Source of the DNA: an uncultured Pseudomonadota bacterium
GTDB taxonomy: Bacteria > Pseudomonadota > Alphaproteobacteria > Rhizobiales > Xanthobacteraceae
Reading direction: 5' to 3'
NCBI GenBank assembly: GCA_963836095.1
Contig: CAWIHU010000009.1
Coordinates: forward strand, 31,218 to 95,217
Length of the DNA stretch: 64,000 nucleotides
This document shows positions 38,150 to 50,623 of the stretch, piece after piece; within the stretch, counting starts at the first letter, position 1; the number at the start of each line of letters is the position of its first letter. A model generated the notes under the pieces. It was given only the letters and a program-made list of their open reading frames with translations. It searched no databases and was not told the origin of the DNA. A program made the translations under genes and the position numbers.

Positions 38150-39706
38150 TTGATCCGCGCCAGCTTGTTCCGTGCGCGTGCGGTGCGCGCGTTGATGGCG
38201 TCGGCGGTTTTTGCCGGCGCGCTGGCGCTTGCGGGTTGCGATACCGACGGCGTCTATCAGCTGCCGACCCGCGCGATGAAAGAGCTGTCGCCGCAGATGC
38301 TGGCGCTGCTCGACGAAAAGCACATGCCGAAGGACTCGCCGATCCTGATCCGCCTGTTCAAGGAGGAATCGGAGCTCGAAGTCTGGAAGAAGGACACGAC
38401 CGGGCGCTACCAGCTCTTGAAGGTCTATCCGATCTGCCGCTGGTCCGGCGATCTGGGACCGAAAGTCCGGGAAGGCGACCGTCAGGCGCCCGAGGGCTTC
38501 TATCAGATCACGCCGGACCTGATGAATCCGAATTCCAACTATTACCTCGCGATCAATACCGGATTTCCCAACGCCTACGACAAGGCCAACGGCCGTCACG
38601 GCGCCTTCCTGATGATCCACGGCGACTGCTCGTCGCGCGGCTGCTACGCCATGACCGACGAGCAGATCGGCGAAATCTATTCGCTGGCGCGCGAAGCGCT
38701 GCTCGGCGGGCAGCAATCGTTTCAGATTCAGGCCTATCCGTTCCACATGACGCCGGCGAATTTGGCGCATCACCGCACCAACCCGAGCATGGCGTTCTGG
38801 CGGATGATCAAGGAGGGCAACGACCATTTCGAGGTGACGCGCCTCGAGCCCAAGGTCGAAGTCTGCGACCGCCATTACGTGTTCGACCCGCAGCCGCCGG
38901 CCAACTCCTCGAAGCCGCTGACGTTCAACCCGACCGGCCGCTGTCCGGCGTTCACGGTCGCTCCGGAGGTCGCCGGTCCGACCGCGGAAAAACAACACGC
39001 CGACGAGGCGCAGTACGCGCAACTGGTCAGGAACAACACGCCGGTGGCACCGATCAGGACCGGCGTGGACGGGGGCGCGAACCGCGTGTTCCTGGCTCAG
39101 CTCGGTCACCTGCCGCCGGCGAGAGTACCGCCGCCTGACGCGACGGGCGCCGTCGCGGCCGATGTGCCGACGCAGCCGCCACCTTCCGACTCCGGCCACT
39201 GGCTCGGCACGCTGTTCGGCTCGAAGTCGGCCGATACGACGCAAGTCGCCGCGACCGAGGCGGGCTCGCAAGAGCGCGGCGGCGGTAACGGCGGCGGCGG
39301 CGGGTTCTTCTCGAACCTGTTCTCTTCTAAGGGCAGCGAACAGGCCACGCCGGCTCCGACTCCGGTGCCGGAGGCGAGCGCGGCGCAAAAGCCTGCGGCT
39401 CATTCGCAATTGGCCGCCCTGCATCCGAAGCCGAAGACCGAACCGGCCAAGAACGAAACCGGCAAGAACGAAACCGGCAAGAACGAAACCGGCAAGCGCG
39501 AGCCCGGCAAGATCGAAGCCGCCAAAACGGAGCCAGGCAAGCCTGATCCGAAGGAAGCGGCCAAGGAAGCGGCCAAGGATGCAGCCAAGAGCAATCCGCC
39601 GCAGGATGCCAACACCGCGACGGCGTCCGCCAACGGCACGCTCAACGGCGCTCAGCCGGTCGTGCCCGCCGGCAATTTCGACAGCCGCTGGGCGGCGGTC
39701 CACTGA
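38150..39706 (+). CDS. L,D-transpeptidase-family (YkuD/YafK-like) lipoprotein with low-complexity C-terminal tail
   Basis: TTG at 38150 lies 8 nt after GGGGAG. The signal and lipobox read (M)IRASLFRARAVRALMASAVFAGALALAGC. The catalytic region reads FLMIHGDCSSRGCYAMTDEQI. The tail is rich in Pro/Ala/Lys/Glu. Confidence 0.85.
   Translation: MIRASLFRARAVRALMASAVFAGALALAGCDTDGVYQLPTRAMKELSPQMLALLDEKHMPKDSPILIRLFKEESELEVWKKDTTGRYQLLKVYPICRWSGDLGPKVREGDRQAPEGFYQITPDLMNPNSNYYLAINTGFPNAYDKANGRHGAFLMIHGDCSSRGCYAMTDEQIGEIYSLAREALLGGQQSFQIQAYPFHMTPANLAHHRTNPSMAFWRMIKEGNDHFEVTRLEPKVEVCDRHYVFDPQPPANSSKPLTFNPTGRCPAFTVAPEVAGPTAEKQHADEAQYAQLVRNNTPVAPIRTGVDGGANRVFLAQLGHLPPARVPPPDATGAVAADVPTQPPPSDSGHWLGTLFGSKSADTTQVAATEAGSQERGGGNGGGGGFFSNLFSSKGSEQATPAPTPVPEASAAQKPAAHSQLAALHPKPKTEPAKNETGKNETGKNETGKREPGKIEAAKTEPGKPDPKEAAKEAAKDAAKSNPPQDANTATASANGTLNGAQPVVPAGNFDSRWAAVH
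39436..39495 (+). repeat. 15-bp in-frame tandem repeat (3 perfect copies plus 1 degenerate) in the L,D-transpeptidase tail
   Basis: gaacgaaaccggcaa x3 (39451-39495), preceded by a diverged copy. It encodes KNETG-KNETG-KNETG. Confidence 0.9.
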
Positions 39707-39715
39707 ACGCCTTAT

Positions 39716-39798
39716 CGTCATTGCAGAAGCGCAGCGACGAAGCAACCCAGCGGGCCGTGCCGCTTCCCCTGGATTGCGTCGCTTCGCTCGCAATGACG
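39716..39798. repeat. REP-like palindromic intergenic element, family 2 (CGTCATTGC...GCGACGAAGCAA...TTGCGTCGCTTCGCTCGCAATGACG)
   Basis: Imperfect inverted arms of about 30-35 nt between the convergent L,D-transpeptidase and secA genes. Confidence 0.8.
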
Positions 39799-39823
39799 AG
39801 TTGCTAACAAAGGCAGTTCGGCT

Positions 39824-42675
<2,852 letters not shown>

Positions 42676-43082
42676 CGCATCATCCTTCCAATGGGGCTGC
42701 GCCACAGTACGACTTAGTTAACGCACGACTTGACCTAGTACGTCTTGGCGGCAGTGCTATTTGATCGAGCATGATCTTGTCCGAAAACCGGTCCCCACCT
42801 TTCGGATCGTGCTCTTGAAACGTCCTCGCGATCGGCGCTCTGGTCCAACCGGCGGAAAATGCGGCGTTATTCGGGCCGTTGCAAGGCGACCTTGCCCGGA
42901 CTTTGATCGAGAGATAGGAGGGGGTGGATTTGTTGTCAATGCGAGGCGTCCGTTCACGCGGTTGTCACGCCGCAGGTTCACTCGCCCATTGCCAAGAAGA
43001 GGCGTTTCGGCGAGTGTCCGCGCCCAGAAAACCGCGCCCGCGAAGCGGCGTCTGTATCCGTTCGCCCAAAGGACCGTGATCC

Positions 43083-43956
43083 ATGATCTCCTCGACCCCG
43101 CTCGTTCCTCGCGTGCTCGGCGCGCTTGCCATCGTCGCATGCCTCGCCATTCCGACCGGCGGTCTGCGCGCCGCGGACGACGATCCGGTGATCGCCCGCG
43201 CCAATGGGGTCGACATCCACCAGAGCGACCTCGCCTTCGCCGAGGAGGAAATCGGCGGCAACATGCCGGCGATGGCGCCGGAGAAGAAGCACGATTACCT
43301 CGTCGCCTATCTCGCCGACGTGATCGTGCTGTCGCAGGCCGCCGAGCAGCAGAAGCTGGGCGACCGTCCGGAACGTCAAGCGCCGGATCAGCTTCGACCA
43401 CAACCGGCTGCTGATGGAAGCGCTGCTGCAGGACGCCGGCAAGGCGGCCGTCAGCGACGCCGAGCTGCACAAGGTCTATGACGACGCCATCAAGCAGATG
43501 CCGGGCGAGGAGGAAGTGCACGCGCGCCACATCCTGGTGCCGACCGAGGACGAGGCCAAGGTTATCCTCGCCGAGCTGAAGAAGGGCGCCGATTTCGCGA
43601 CGCTCGCCAAGGAAAAGTCGAAGGATCCGGGCGCGGCCGACGGCGGCGATCTCGGCTATTTCACCAAGGACCAAATGGTGCCGGAGTTCTCGGAGGTCGC
43701 CTTCAAGCTCGACAAGGGGCAGGTCTCCGACCCGGTGAAAACGCAGTTCGGCTGGCACATCATCAAGGTCGAGGACAAGCGCGTGAAGCCGACGCCGACC
43801 TTCGATCAGGTCAAGAGCCAGATCGAGACCTACGTAACCCACCGCGCGCAGGCTGCGCTGGTCGAAAAGCTGCGCGGCGCCGCCAATATCGAGCGCATGG
43901 ATAAGCCCGTGGCGCCGGACCCCTCGCTCAATCCGGCCGCCCCAGCGAAGAAGTAG
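43083..43956 (+). pseudogene. Periplasmic parvulin-type peptidyl-prolyl isomerase (PpiC/SurA-like), split by one +1 frameshift as sequenced
   Basis: The signal peptide and N-domain lie in ORF 43083..43481 up to ...AEQQKLGDRP. Removing one A from GGAACGTC (about 43382) gives DVKRRISFDHNRLLMEALLQDAGK..., which continues into ORF 43414..43956. That ORF carries the rotamase domain (VHARHILV...GGDLGYFTKDQMVPEF...GWHIIKVEDKR). Confidence 0.85.
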
Positions 43957-43996
43957 GGATTGTCTGCGCCGCGCCCTGGAAGCAATTTCGAAGTTC

Positions 43997-44084
43997 GTCA
44001 TTGCCGGGCTTGACCCGGCAACCCATGCAGCCTTAGGCAACGCTCCTCTTCCGCATGGATGCCCGGGTCAAGCCCGGGCATGAC
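43997..44084. repeat. REP-like palindromic intergenic element, family 1 (second copy)
   Basis: GTCATTGCCGGGCTTGACCCGGCAACCCAT...ATGGATGCCCGGGTCAAGCCCGGGCATGAC. It ends 17 nt upstream of the argJ ATG. Confidence 0.85.
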
Positions 44085-44100
44085 GACGCCGGGGTTTGTC

Positions 44101-45342
44101 ATGTCCACCGCCGTCTCCCCACTCGCCCCGAAAACGATCCCCGATATGCCGGCGATCGACGGCGTGCGCTTCGCGACCGCGGCCGCGGGCATCCGCTATC
44201 AGGGCCGCACCGACGTGATGCTCGCCGTGTTCGACCCGGGCACCAGCGTCGCCGGGGTGTTCACGCGCTCGAAATGTCCGTCGGCGCCGGTCGAATGGTG
44301 CCGCGCCAACGTGAAGGGCGGCCGCGCCCGGGTGCTGGTGGTCAATTCCGGTAACGCCAACGCCTTTACCGGCAAAACGGGCCGCGACGCCTGTATTTTC
44401 ACCGCGAAGCTCGCGGCCGCGGCCGTCGGCTGCAAGCGCGACGAGGTCTTTCTCGCCTCGACCGGGGTGATCGGCGAGCCGCTCAAGGCCGAGGCGTTCG
44501 ACGGCGTCATGGCAAAACTCGTCGCCGACGCGGCGCCCGACGCCTATGACGCGGCGGCGCGGGCCATCATGACGACCGATACGTTCCCGAAGCTCGCCAC
44601 GGCGCGGGCGCGCATCGGCAAGACCACCGTCACCATCAACGGCTTCGCCAAGGGCGCCGGCATGATCGCGCCGGATATGGCGACCATGCTGGCGTTCGTC
44701 TTCACCGACGCGCCGATCGCGCCCGCGGCGCTGCAGACGCTGCTGCGCGAGGGGGTCACCGACACCTTCAATGCCGTCACCATCGACGGCGATACCTCGA
44801 CCTCCGACACCTTGCTTGCCTTCGCCACCGGCGCGGCGCTTGCCCAAGGCGCGCCACGGATCGGCCGCGCCAGCGATCCGCGGCTCGCGGCGTTCCGCAA
44901 GGCGTTCGACAAAGTCCTCGCCGACCTCGCCGAGCAGGTCGCGCGCGACGGCGAGGGGGCGCGCAAGCTGGTCGAGATCACGGTCGAGGGCGCGGTGTCC
45001 AAAACCTCGGCGCGCCGGGTCGCGCTGTCGATCGCCAATTCGCCGCTGGTCAAGACGGCGATCGCCGGCGAGGACGCCAATTGGGGCCGCGTCGTCATGG
45101 CGGTCGGCAAGGCCGGCGAACCGGCCGACCGCGACAAACTGTCGATCTGGTTCAACGGCATCCGCGTCGCCCACAGGGGCGCGCGCGATCCGGGCTACGA
45201 CGAAGCGGCGGTGTCCGCGGCGATGAAGCAGCCCGAGATCGCCCTCAAGGTCGCGCTCGGTCTCGGCAAAGGCCGCGACCGCGTGCTCACCTGCGACCTC
45301 ACCAAGGAATACGTCGCCATCAACGGCGATTACCGGTCCTGA
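44101..45342 (+). CDS. argJ: Bifunctional glutamate N-acetyltransferase / amino-acid acetyltransferase
   Basis: ATG at 44101 ([33 protein letters not shown]...). Contains the autoprocessing site context ([18 protein letters not shown]). Confidence 0.95.
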   Translation: MSTAVSPLAPKTIPDMPAIDGVRFATAAAGIRYQGRTDVMLAVFDPGTSVAGVFTRSKCPSAPVEWCRANVKGGRARVLVVNSGNANAFTGKTGRDACIFTAKLAAAAVGCKRDEVFLASTGVIGEPLKAEAFDGVMAKLVADAAPDAYDAAARAIMTTDTFPKLATARARIGKTTVTINGFAKGAGMIAPDMATMLAFVFTDAPIAPAALQTLLREGVTDTFNAVTIDGDTSTSDTLLAFATGAALAQGAPRIGRASDPRLAAFRKAFDKVLADLAEQVARDGEGARKLVEITVEGAVSKTSARRVALSIANSPLVKTAIAGEDANWGRVVMAVGKAGEPADRDKLSIWFNGIRVAHRGARDPGYDEAAVSAAMKQPEIALKVALGLGKGRDRVLTCDLTKEYVAINGDYRS

Positions 45343-45434
45343 CGGTTTGTTAACTACCGTGGCGAAATCCGGCCGGAACCCGGCGGATTTGAATCGCTCT
45401 TTACCTTCACCTGTTTAGATCGAGGCTGAGAGCC

Positions 45435-45839
45435 GTGAGCGTCAAACTCGTGCTTGTCGCCGCCTGCGCGCTCATCGACGCCGATGGCCGCGTGCTGATC
45501 GCGCAGCGTCCGCCAGGCAAGTCGATGGCCGGGCTGTGGGAATTTCCCGGCGGCAAGATCGAAGCAGGCGAACGGCCGGAACAGAGTCTGATCCGGGAGC
45601 TGAACGAGGAGCTGGGAATCGCCGTCAAGGAGGAATGCCTCGCACCGCTGACCTTCGCGAGCCATCTTTATCCGGACTTTCACCTCTTGATGCCGCTTTA
45701 CGTGTGCCGGCGCTGGGAAGGGATGGTCGAGCCGCGCGAGGGGCAGAATCTCAAATGGGTGCGGCCGGGCGCGCTGCGGGATTATCCGATGCCGCCCGCC
45801 GACGAGCCGCTGATCCCGCACCTCGTGACGCTGTTATGA
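45435..45839 (+). CDS. mutT: Nudix hydrolase, 8-oxo-dGTP diphosphatase (MutT-like)
   Basis: GTG at 45435. Nudix box GGKIEAGERPEQSLIRELNEELGI. 134 aa. Confidence 0.85.
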   Translation: MSVKLVLVAACALIDADGRVLIAQRPPGKSMAGLWEFPGGKIEAGERPEQSLIRELNEELGIAVKEECLAPLTFASHLYPDFHLLMPLYVCRRWEGMVEPREGQNLKWVRPGALRDYPMPPADEPLIPHLVTLL

Positions 45840-45890
45840 ACATCATGAAGCTGTGAAACCAACGCCGGTAGCAACGCCGACCAACAAAGC

Positions 45891-45944
45891 GAAGAAACAA
45901 CGCCAAAAAAACAACGCCAAAAAAACAACGCCAAGAAACGTTCC
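45891..45944 (+). repeat. A-rich 14-bp tandem repeat (about 3.5 copies) upstream of the Flp pilin gene
   Basis: gaagaaacaacgcc / aaaaaaacaacgcc / aaaaaaacaacgcc / aagaaacgttcc. The heptamer CAACGCC also occurs twice more just upstream (about 45860 and 45872). Confidence 0.85.
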
Positions 45945-45981
45945 GAGAAACGCGCAGTCAGTCGTGAAGAGGCAGAACGCC

Positions 45982-46161
45982 ATGTACAAGTCTTCGACAC
46001 TCGCTCTGTTGCAACGCTTCTGGCGTGACGATACGGGCGCAACCGCGATCGAATATGCGCTGATCGCATCGGGCGTTTCCGTCGTGATTGTCGGAACGGT
46101 CGCGACGCTCGGCTCGAACGTCAAGAATTTCTACAGCAGCGTCGCCACCGCGATGAAATAG
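45982..46161 (+). CDS. Flp-family type IVb pilin (orphan; no tad/cpa genes in the window)
   Basis: ATG at 45982. MYKSSTLALLQRFWRDDTGATAIEYALIASGVSVVIVGTVATLGSNV... carries the Flp motif G/ATAIEYALIA. 59 aa. Confidence 0.8.
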   Translation: MYKSSTLALLQRFWRDDTGATAIEYALIASGVSVVIVGTVATLGSNVKNFYSSVATAMK

Positions 46162-46167
46162 GTCGGG

Positions 46168-47085
46168 TCAGCGCCCGGTCTTCTCGCCCGCAGATACTTC
46201 CCGCGCGCCGAGCGCATCGGCCAATCGTGCTTGCGCCGAACCGGGCTCGAGCGGCTGCTGCTGACCGGGATGCGGCGCCCAGCCCGACAGCCACACGATA
46301 TCGAAGGTCGCGCGCACGCGGCCGTCGCCGTCGGCGAAACGTGCGGCGTAAATCTCCGCCGTGCGCATGAGCGTCGCGCGACGCAGCGGCGTTCGCCGGC
46401 GCTCGACCAGCGCGTTGGTCGCGCCCATGCGGCGCAGATCCTGCATCAGGGCGAAGGCCGAATCGTAGCGCACCGTGATCCGGTCGGCGTCGGTGACTGG
46501 GAGCGCGAAGCCCGCGCGCTGCAGCAAACCTCCGAGGTCGCGCACGTCGGCGAACGGCGCCACGCGGGGAGAGATGCCGCCCTCGATTTCGCTCTCGGCC
46601 GTGGCGAATGATTGCCGCAACTCGGTCAGCGTCTCGCCGCCGATCAGCGCGGCCAGCAGCAAGCCGTCGGGCTTGAGCGCGCGGCGGATTTGAACGAGCG
46701 CGCCCGGCAGGTCGTTGATGCCTTGCAGCGACAGCGCCGAGACCACGAGATCGAATGTCGAGTCGGCAAACGGCAGCGCCTCCTCGTCGGCGACGACGAT
46801 GAGCCCCTCGGGCGGCACGCGCGCCGGCGCCAGGCTGTCGGCGGTGACGATGGTCTCGACCGAGCCCAGACCGGCGAGCGCGGTGCGCACCGCATCGCTC
46901 GGCGTGCCGAGATCGAGCGCGAGCTTGAAGGTCCGCAGCACCGCGCCGAGCCGGTCGGCCAGATCCTCGGCGACGCGGTCGATGAGAAACGTCGCCGGCC
47001 CCATGGCCGCCGCGCGGCGGCGCCGCGCGCGCAACAGCGCGCGGTCGAAGATCAATGGGCTGTCGGATGCCGGATGATCAGCCAT
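46168..47085 (-). CDS. Class I SAM-dependent methyltransferase
   Basis: ATG at 47085 (MADHPASDSPLIFDRALLRARRRRAAAMG). Methyltransferase motif I context (ALDLGTP...), and later LKPDGLLLAALIGGETL. Confidence 0.75.
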   Translation of the reverse strand: MADHPASDSPLIFDRALLRARRRRAAAMGPATFLIDRVAEDLADRLGAVLRTFKLALDLGTPSDAVRTALAGLGSVETIVTADSLAPARVPPEGLIVVADEEALPFADSTFDLVVSALSLQGINDLPGALVQIRRALKPDGLLLAALIGGETLTELRQSFATAESEIEGGISPRVAPFADVRDLGGLLQRAGFALPVTDADRITVRYDSAFALMQDLRRMGATNALVERRRTPLRRATLMRTAEIYAARFADGDGRVRATFDIVWLSGWAPHPGQQQPLEPGSAQARLADALGAREVSAGEKTGR

Positions 47086-47141
47086 GAGGCTATGCCGTAA
47101 ACGCGCATGACAAGTCGCCGGCACGGCGGTAGCGTACCTCC

Positions 47142-47945
47142 ATGGGGATGATCACGGCCCAGTTGGCACGCGCCGGTTGCGCTATGCGGCTCAAGCAGGG
47201 CGCCGCGGCCGCGCGGGCGGTATGGGGCACGGCGCTCGATCTCGTATTGCCGCGCCTGTGCGCGGTCTGTCGCGAGCCGGTGACCGCGCAGGGGCTCTGT
47301 CCGGCGTGCTGGTCGAAACTGTCGTTCATTACGCGGCCCTATTGCGAACGTCTCGGTGTTCCCTTCGTCTATGATCCCGGCCCGGGCATCCTGTCCATGG
47401 AGGCGATCGCCGCGCCGCCGGCCTATCACCGCGCCCGCGCCGCCGTACGCTTCGACGAGATTTCGCGCGCGCTTGTGCACAGCCTCAAATATGGCGACCG
47501 GCTCGATCTCGCACCGATGATGGGACGCTGGGTCGGCCATGCCGGCCGCGAAATTCTCGCCGAGGCGGATGCGCTGGTTCCGGTGCCGTTGCATTGGCGC
47601 CGACTGTGGGCGCGGCGGTTCAACCAATCGGCCATGCTGGCGGCCGCGGTTTCTGTCGAGAGCGGCGTCCCCATCGCCGCCGGCGCGCTCAAGCGCGTCA
47701 AGCCGACCGTGCAGCAGGTCGGGCTGACGCGGAACGAACGCGCCACCAACGTGCAGGGGGCGTTCCGCGTGCCGCCGGAGGGCAAGCCGGCAGTGGTCGG
47801 GCGCAAGCTGGTGCTGGTCGACGATGTGCTGACCTCCGGCGCCACCGTCGAAGGCTGCGCCCGGGCGCTCCTGCGCGCCGGCGCCGCCAACGTCGACGTC
47901 CTCGTGTTCGCCCGGGTTGCCGACCCGGCAGGAACCGCCATATAA
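47142..47945 (+). CDS. ComF-family protein (phosphoribosyltransferase-like)
   Basis: N-terminal zinc-ribbon-like CAVCREPV...CPACW and a C-terminal PRTase motif KLVLVDDVLTSGATV. Confidence 0.8.
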   Translation: MGMITAQLARAGCAMRLKQGAAAARAVWGTALDLVLPRLCAVCREPVTAQGLCPACWSKLSFITRPYCERLGVPFVYDPGPGILSMEAIAAPPAYHRARAAVRFDEISRALVHSLKYGDRLDLAPMMGRWVGHAGREILAEADALVPVPLHWRRLWARRFNQSAMLAAAVSVESGVPIAAGALKRVKPTVQQVGLTRNERATNVQGAFRVPPEGKPAVVGRKLVLVDDVLTSGATVEGCARALLRAGAANVDVLVFARVADPAGTAI

Positions 47946-47978
47946 GCAGTAACCATTTGATAGACTTAACGGATCGTT

Positions 47979-48270
47979 ATGACTTCGATCGAAATCTACA
48001 CCACCCGATATTGTCCCTATTGCCACATGGCAAAGGAACTCCTGACCCGCAAAGGCGTGAGCTTCCATGAGATCGACGTGACGGCGGATCGGCAGATGCG
48101 GCAGGCGATGATGGAACGCGCGAACGGCGGCAGCACGGTTCCGCAAATCTTCATCGGCGTTGACCCATGTCGGCGGCTGCGACGACCTTTACGCGCTCGA
48201 CGATGCCGGCAAGCTTGATCCGCTGCTCGGGCTCGGCGGTAACGGCGCGGGCGAAGGACAGCCCGCATGA
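47979..48270 (+). pseudogene. grxC: Glutaredoxin 3, split by one +1 frameshift as sequenced
   Basis: MTSIEIYTTRYCPYCHMAKELL...GGSTVPQIFIG lies in one frame. The expected continuation THVGGCDDLYALDDAGKLDPLL...* lies in the +1 frame and ends at TGA 48268-48270, overlapping the next gene's ATG. The extra base is at about 48159-48162. Confidence 0.85.
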
Positions 48271-49148
48271 GCGCGGCGACGCCCGCGGCCTTCACGGCCG
48301 GTCTCGTGCAGATGCGTTCCGGCACCGATCCGAAGGCCAATCTCGCCGCCGCGCTCGCCGGCATCGAGGAGGCCAAGCGCGGCGGCGCCGACTATGTGCT
48401 GACGCCGGAAATGACCAACATCATGGAGGTCAAGCACGAGCGCCTGTTCGCGACCATCGTGGACGAAGAGCATGACCCGACGCTCGCCGCCTTGCGCGAG
48501 GCGGCGCGCCGACTTTCGCTCTACGTCCATATCGGCTCGCTCGCCGTCAAGGCCTCGCCCGACAAGGCGGCCAACCGCTCGTTCCTGATCGATCCCCGCG
48601 GCGACATCATTGCGCGCTACGACAAGATTCACATGTTCGACGTCGATCTCGCCAATGGCGAAAGCTACCGCGAATCGCGCAACTACCGCCCCGGCGAGCT
48701 CGCCGTCGTCGCCGATCTGCCGTGGGGGCGTCTGGGCGTCACGATCTGCTACGATCTGCGCTTTCCCGCGCTCTATCGCGCGCTCGCCGAGGCCGGCGCC
48801 TCGTTTCTGTCGATCCCCGCCGCCTTCACCCAGCAGACCGGCCAGGCGCATTGGCACGTCTTGATGCGCGCGCGCGCCATCGAGAATGGCTGCTACGTCT
48901 TCGCCGCCGCCCAAGGCGGCCGCCACGAAAACGGCCGCGAGACGTTCGGTCATTCGCTGATCGTCGATCCGTGGGGCCGCGTCATTGCCGAAGGCGGCAC
49001 CGAGCCGGGGGTGGTGCTCGCCGAAATCGATCCGGGCCAAGTCAGCGCCGCGCGGGGGCGCGTTCCATCGCTCCTGCACGGCCGGCGCTTCGAACTCATC
49101 GAACCGATGGCCGAGCCGACCCATCTGCATGCCGTGGGGCCGCCATGA
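48267..49148 (+). CDS. Carbon-nitrogen hydrolase family protein (Nit-like amidase/nitrilase)
   Basis: 293 aa. Glu-Lys-Cys triad context (LTPEM..., YDKIHMFD, GVTICYDLRFP). Confidence 0.9.
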   Translation: MSAATPAAFTAGLVQMRSGTDPKANLAAALAGIEEAKRGGADYVLTPEMTNIMEVKHERLFATIVDEEHDPTLAALREAARRLSLYVHIGSLAVKASPDKAANRSFLIDPRGDIIARYDKIHMFDVDLANGESYRESRNYRPGELAVVADLPWGRLGVTICYDLRFPALYRALAEAGASFLSIPAAFTQQTGQAHWHVLMRARAIENGCYVFAAAQGGRHENGRETFGHSLIVDPWGRVIAEGGTEPGVVLAEIDPGQVSAARGRVPSLLHGRRFELIEPMAEPTHLHAVGPP

Positions 49149-49663
49149 TCCGTTACGCGCTCAATTGCGAGCAGGGCCACACGTTCGAAAGCTGGTTCCA
49201 GAACTCCGCCGCCTACGACAAGCAGGCGAAGCGCGGCTTGGTGAGTTGTCCGGTGTGCGGCTCCATGAAGGTCGAAAAGGCGATCATGGCGCCGCGGCTT
49301 GCCCGCGCCGAGGCGGTCGAGTTGGTCGAGCCGCCGCCCCAGCTTCCGCCCCAGGCGCCGCCGTCCGCCGCGCCGTTGCCGGTTGCGCCGCCGCCATCGG
49401 CCGCATCCGCCAAAGCGGCGGTCGCCATCATGTCGGGCGCCGAACGCGAGCTGCGGCAGAAGCTCAAGGAACTGCGCGACCACGTCACCAAGAATGCGAG
49501 CTATGTCGGTTCGCGTTTCCCGGAAGAGGCGCGCAAGATCCACTACGGCGAAACCGAGCACCACTCGATCTACGGCGAAGCCTCGCCCGAGGAAGCCAAG
49601 GAACTGAACGACGAGGGCATCGAGTTTCATCCCCTGCCGATTTTGCCGGACGAGTTCAATTGA
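49145..49663 (+). CDS. DUF1178 family protein
   Basis: ATG at 49145 overlaps the preceding stop (ATGA). The N-terminus MIRYALNCEQGHTFESWFQNSAAYDKQAKRGLVSCPVCGS is typical of DUF1178. Confidence 0.8.
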   Translation: MIRYALNCEQGHTFESWFQNSAAYDKQAKRGLVSCPVCGSMKVEKAIMAPRLARAEAVELVEPPPQLPPQAPPSAAPLPVAPPPSAASAKAAVAIMSGAERELRQKLKELRDHVTKNASYVGSRFPEEARKIHYGETEHHSIYGEASPEEAKELNDEGIEFHPLPILPDEFN

Positions 49664-49671
49664 CGGCAGCG

Positions 49672-50424
49672 TTACGCCGCCTTCTCCGCGACCATCATGT
49701 AATTCACGTCCATGTCGGCCGTCTGCCGCCAGCGGTCGGCTAGCAGATCGTAGCTCACGCCGGCGGCGTCGATCAGGCTCAGCCCGCTGTTGGCGATGGC
49801 GCTCTCGAGTTCGTCCGGGGTGACGAATTTTTCCCATTGATGGGTGCCGCGCGGCAGCCAGCGCAAAATGTATTCGGCGCCGACGATCGCCAGCGCGAAG
49901 CTCTTCGTGGTGCGGTTGATCGTGGCGATGAACAGAAGCCCGCCCGGCCTCACCAGGGCGGCCGCGAGCGCAACGAACCGGCCGACGTCGGTGACGTGCT
50001 CGACCACCTCCATGGCGAGGACGATGTCGAATTCCTCGCCGGCTTCGGCGAGCGTCTCCGCCGTGACAGCGCGATAGTCGATCGTCAGCCCCGCTTGCGC
50101 CGCATGGCGCTGTGCGACCGCGATATTATTGGCCGCCGGATCGATGCCGACGATTGCCGCCCCCAGCCGCGCCAGCGGCTCGCAAAGAATGCCGCCGCCG
50201 CAGCCGATGTCGAGCATGCGCAAGTCCGCGAGACTGTCGCGCCGGCTGATATCGCGGCCGAAATGCTCCGCCGCATGGTCGCGGATATAGGCAAGGCGCG
50301 CCGGATTGAACTTGTGCAGCGCGGCCATCGGCCCGTGCACGTTCCACCATTGCTCGCCCAGCCGGTCGAAACGCGCGACCTCGCGGTCGTCGATGGTGCT
50401 GTCCGCCGTCCGCTCTCGATCCAT
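49672..50424 (-). CDS. ubiG: Bifunctional 2-polyprenyl-6-hydroxyphenol methylase / 3-demethylubiquinol 3-O-methyltransferase
   Basis: 250 aa. VARFDRLGEQWWNVHGPMAALHKFNPARLAYIRD and SAM motif LDIGCGGGIL. Confidence 0.9.
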   Translation of the reverse strand: MDRERTADSTIDDREVARFDRLGEQWWNVHGPMAALHKFNPARLAYIRDHAAEHFGRDISRRDSLADLRMLDIGCGGGILCEPLARLGAAIVGIDPAANNIAVAQRHAAQAGLTIDYRAVTAETLAEAGEEFDIVLAMEVVEHVTDVGRFVALAAALVRPGGLLFIATINRTTKSFALAIVGAEYILRWLPRGTHQWEKFVTPDELESAIANSGLSLIDAAGVSYDLLADRWRQTADMDVNYMMVAEKAA

Positions 50425-50623
50425 GGCACTGGCTTATCTGTTCTTCGCGCCATTGTGGAGAGGGATTGGCCACGGATTGGCCCGCCGCCGCGTGCCCGCC
50501 AGCGGGCCAGCGCCCATCGGTCAGGATATCGGCGCAAGCGGCAAATGGTCCGTTGCGCTTGCATCCGACCTGAACCAGGATAGAGAAGAACATAATAAGC
50601 GGTTCCGCACAGGGAGGGATGTG

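Noticed and set aside
39436-39495. Short tandem repeats (here and at 17408-17452, 45891-45944 and 60366-60413) considered as possible CRISPR arrays
   Set aside because: The units are 12-15 bp and directly adjacent with no spacers. Three of the four lie in frame inside genes. No cas genes are present. They are simple tandem repeats.
37979-39793. 604-aa minus-strand ORF, and the similar 681-aa ORF at 3243..5288
   Set aside because: Both lie antisense to well-supported genes (the L,D-transpeptidase, and the kinase N-terminus plus response regulator). Both show off-frame composition.
42757-44040. 427-aa ORF on the minus strand covering the secA-argJ interval
   Set aside because: It lies antisense to the parvulin-type isomerase gene and runs through a REP element. 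Its composition is off-frame-like (Arg/Leu/Gly-rich) with no motifs.
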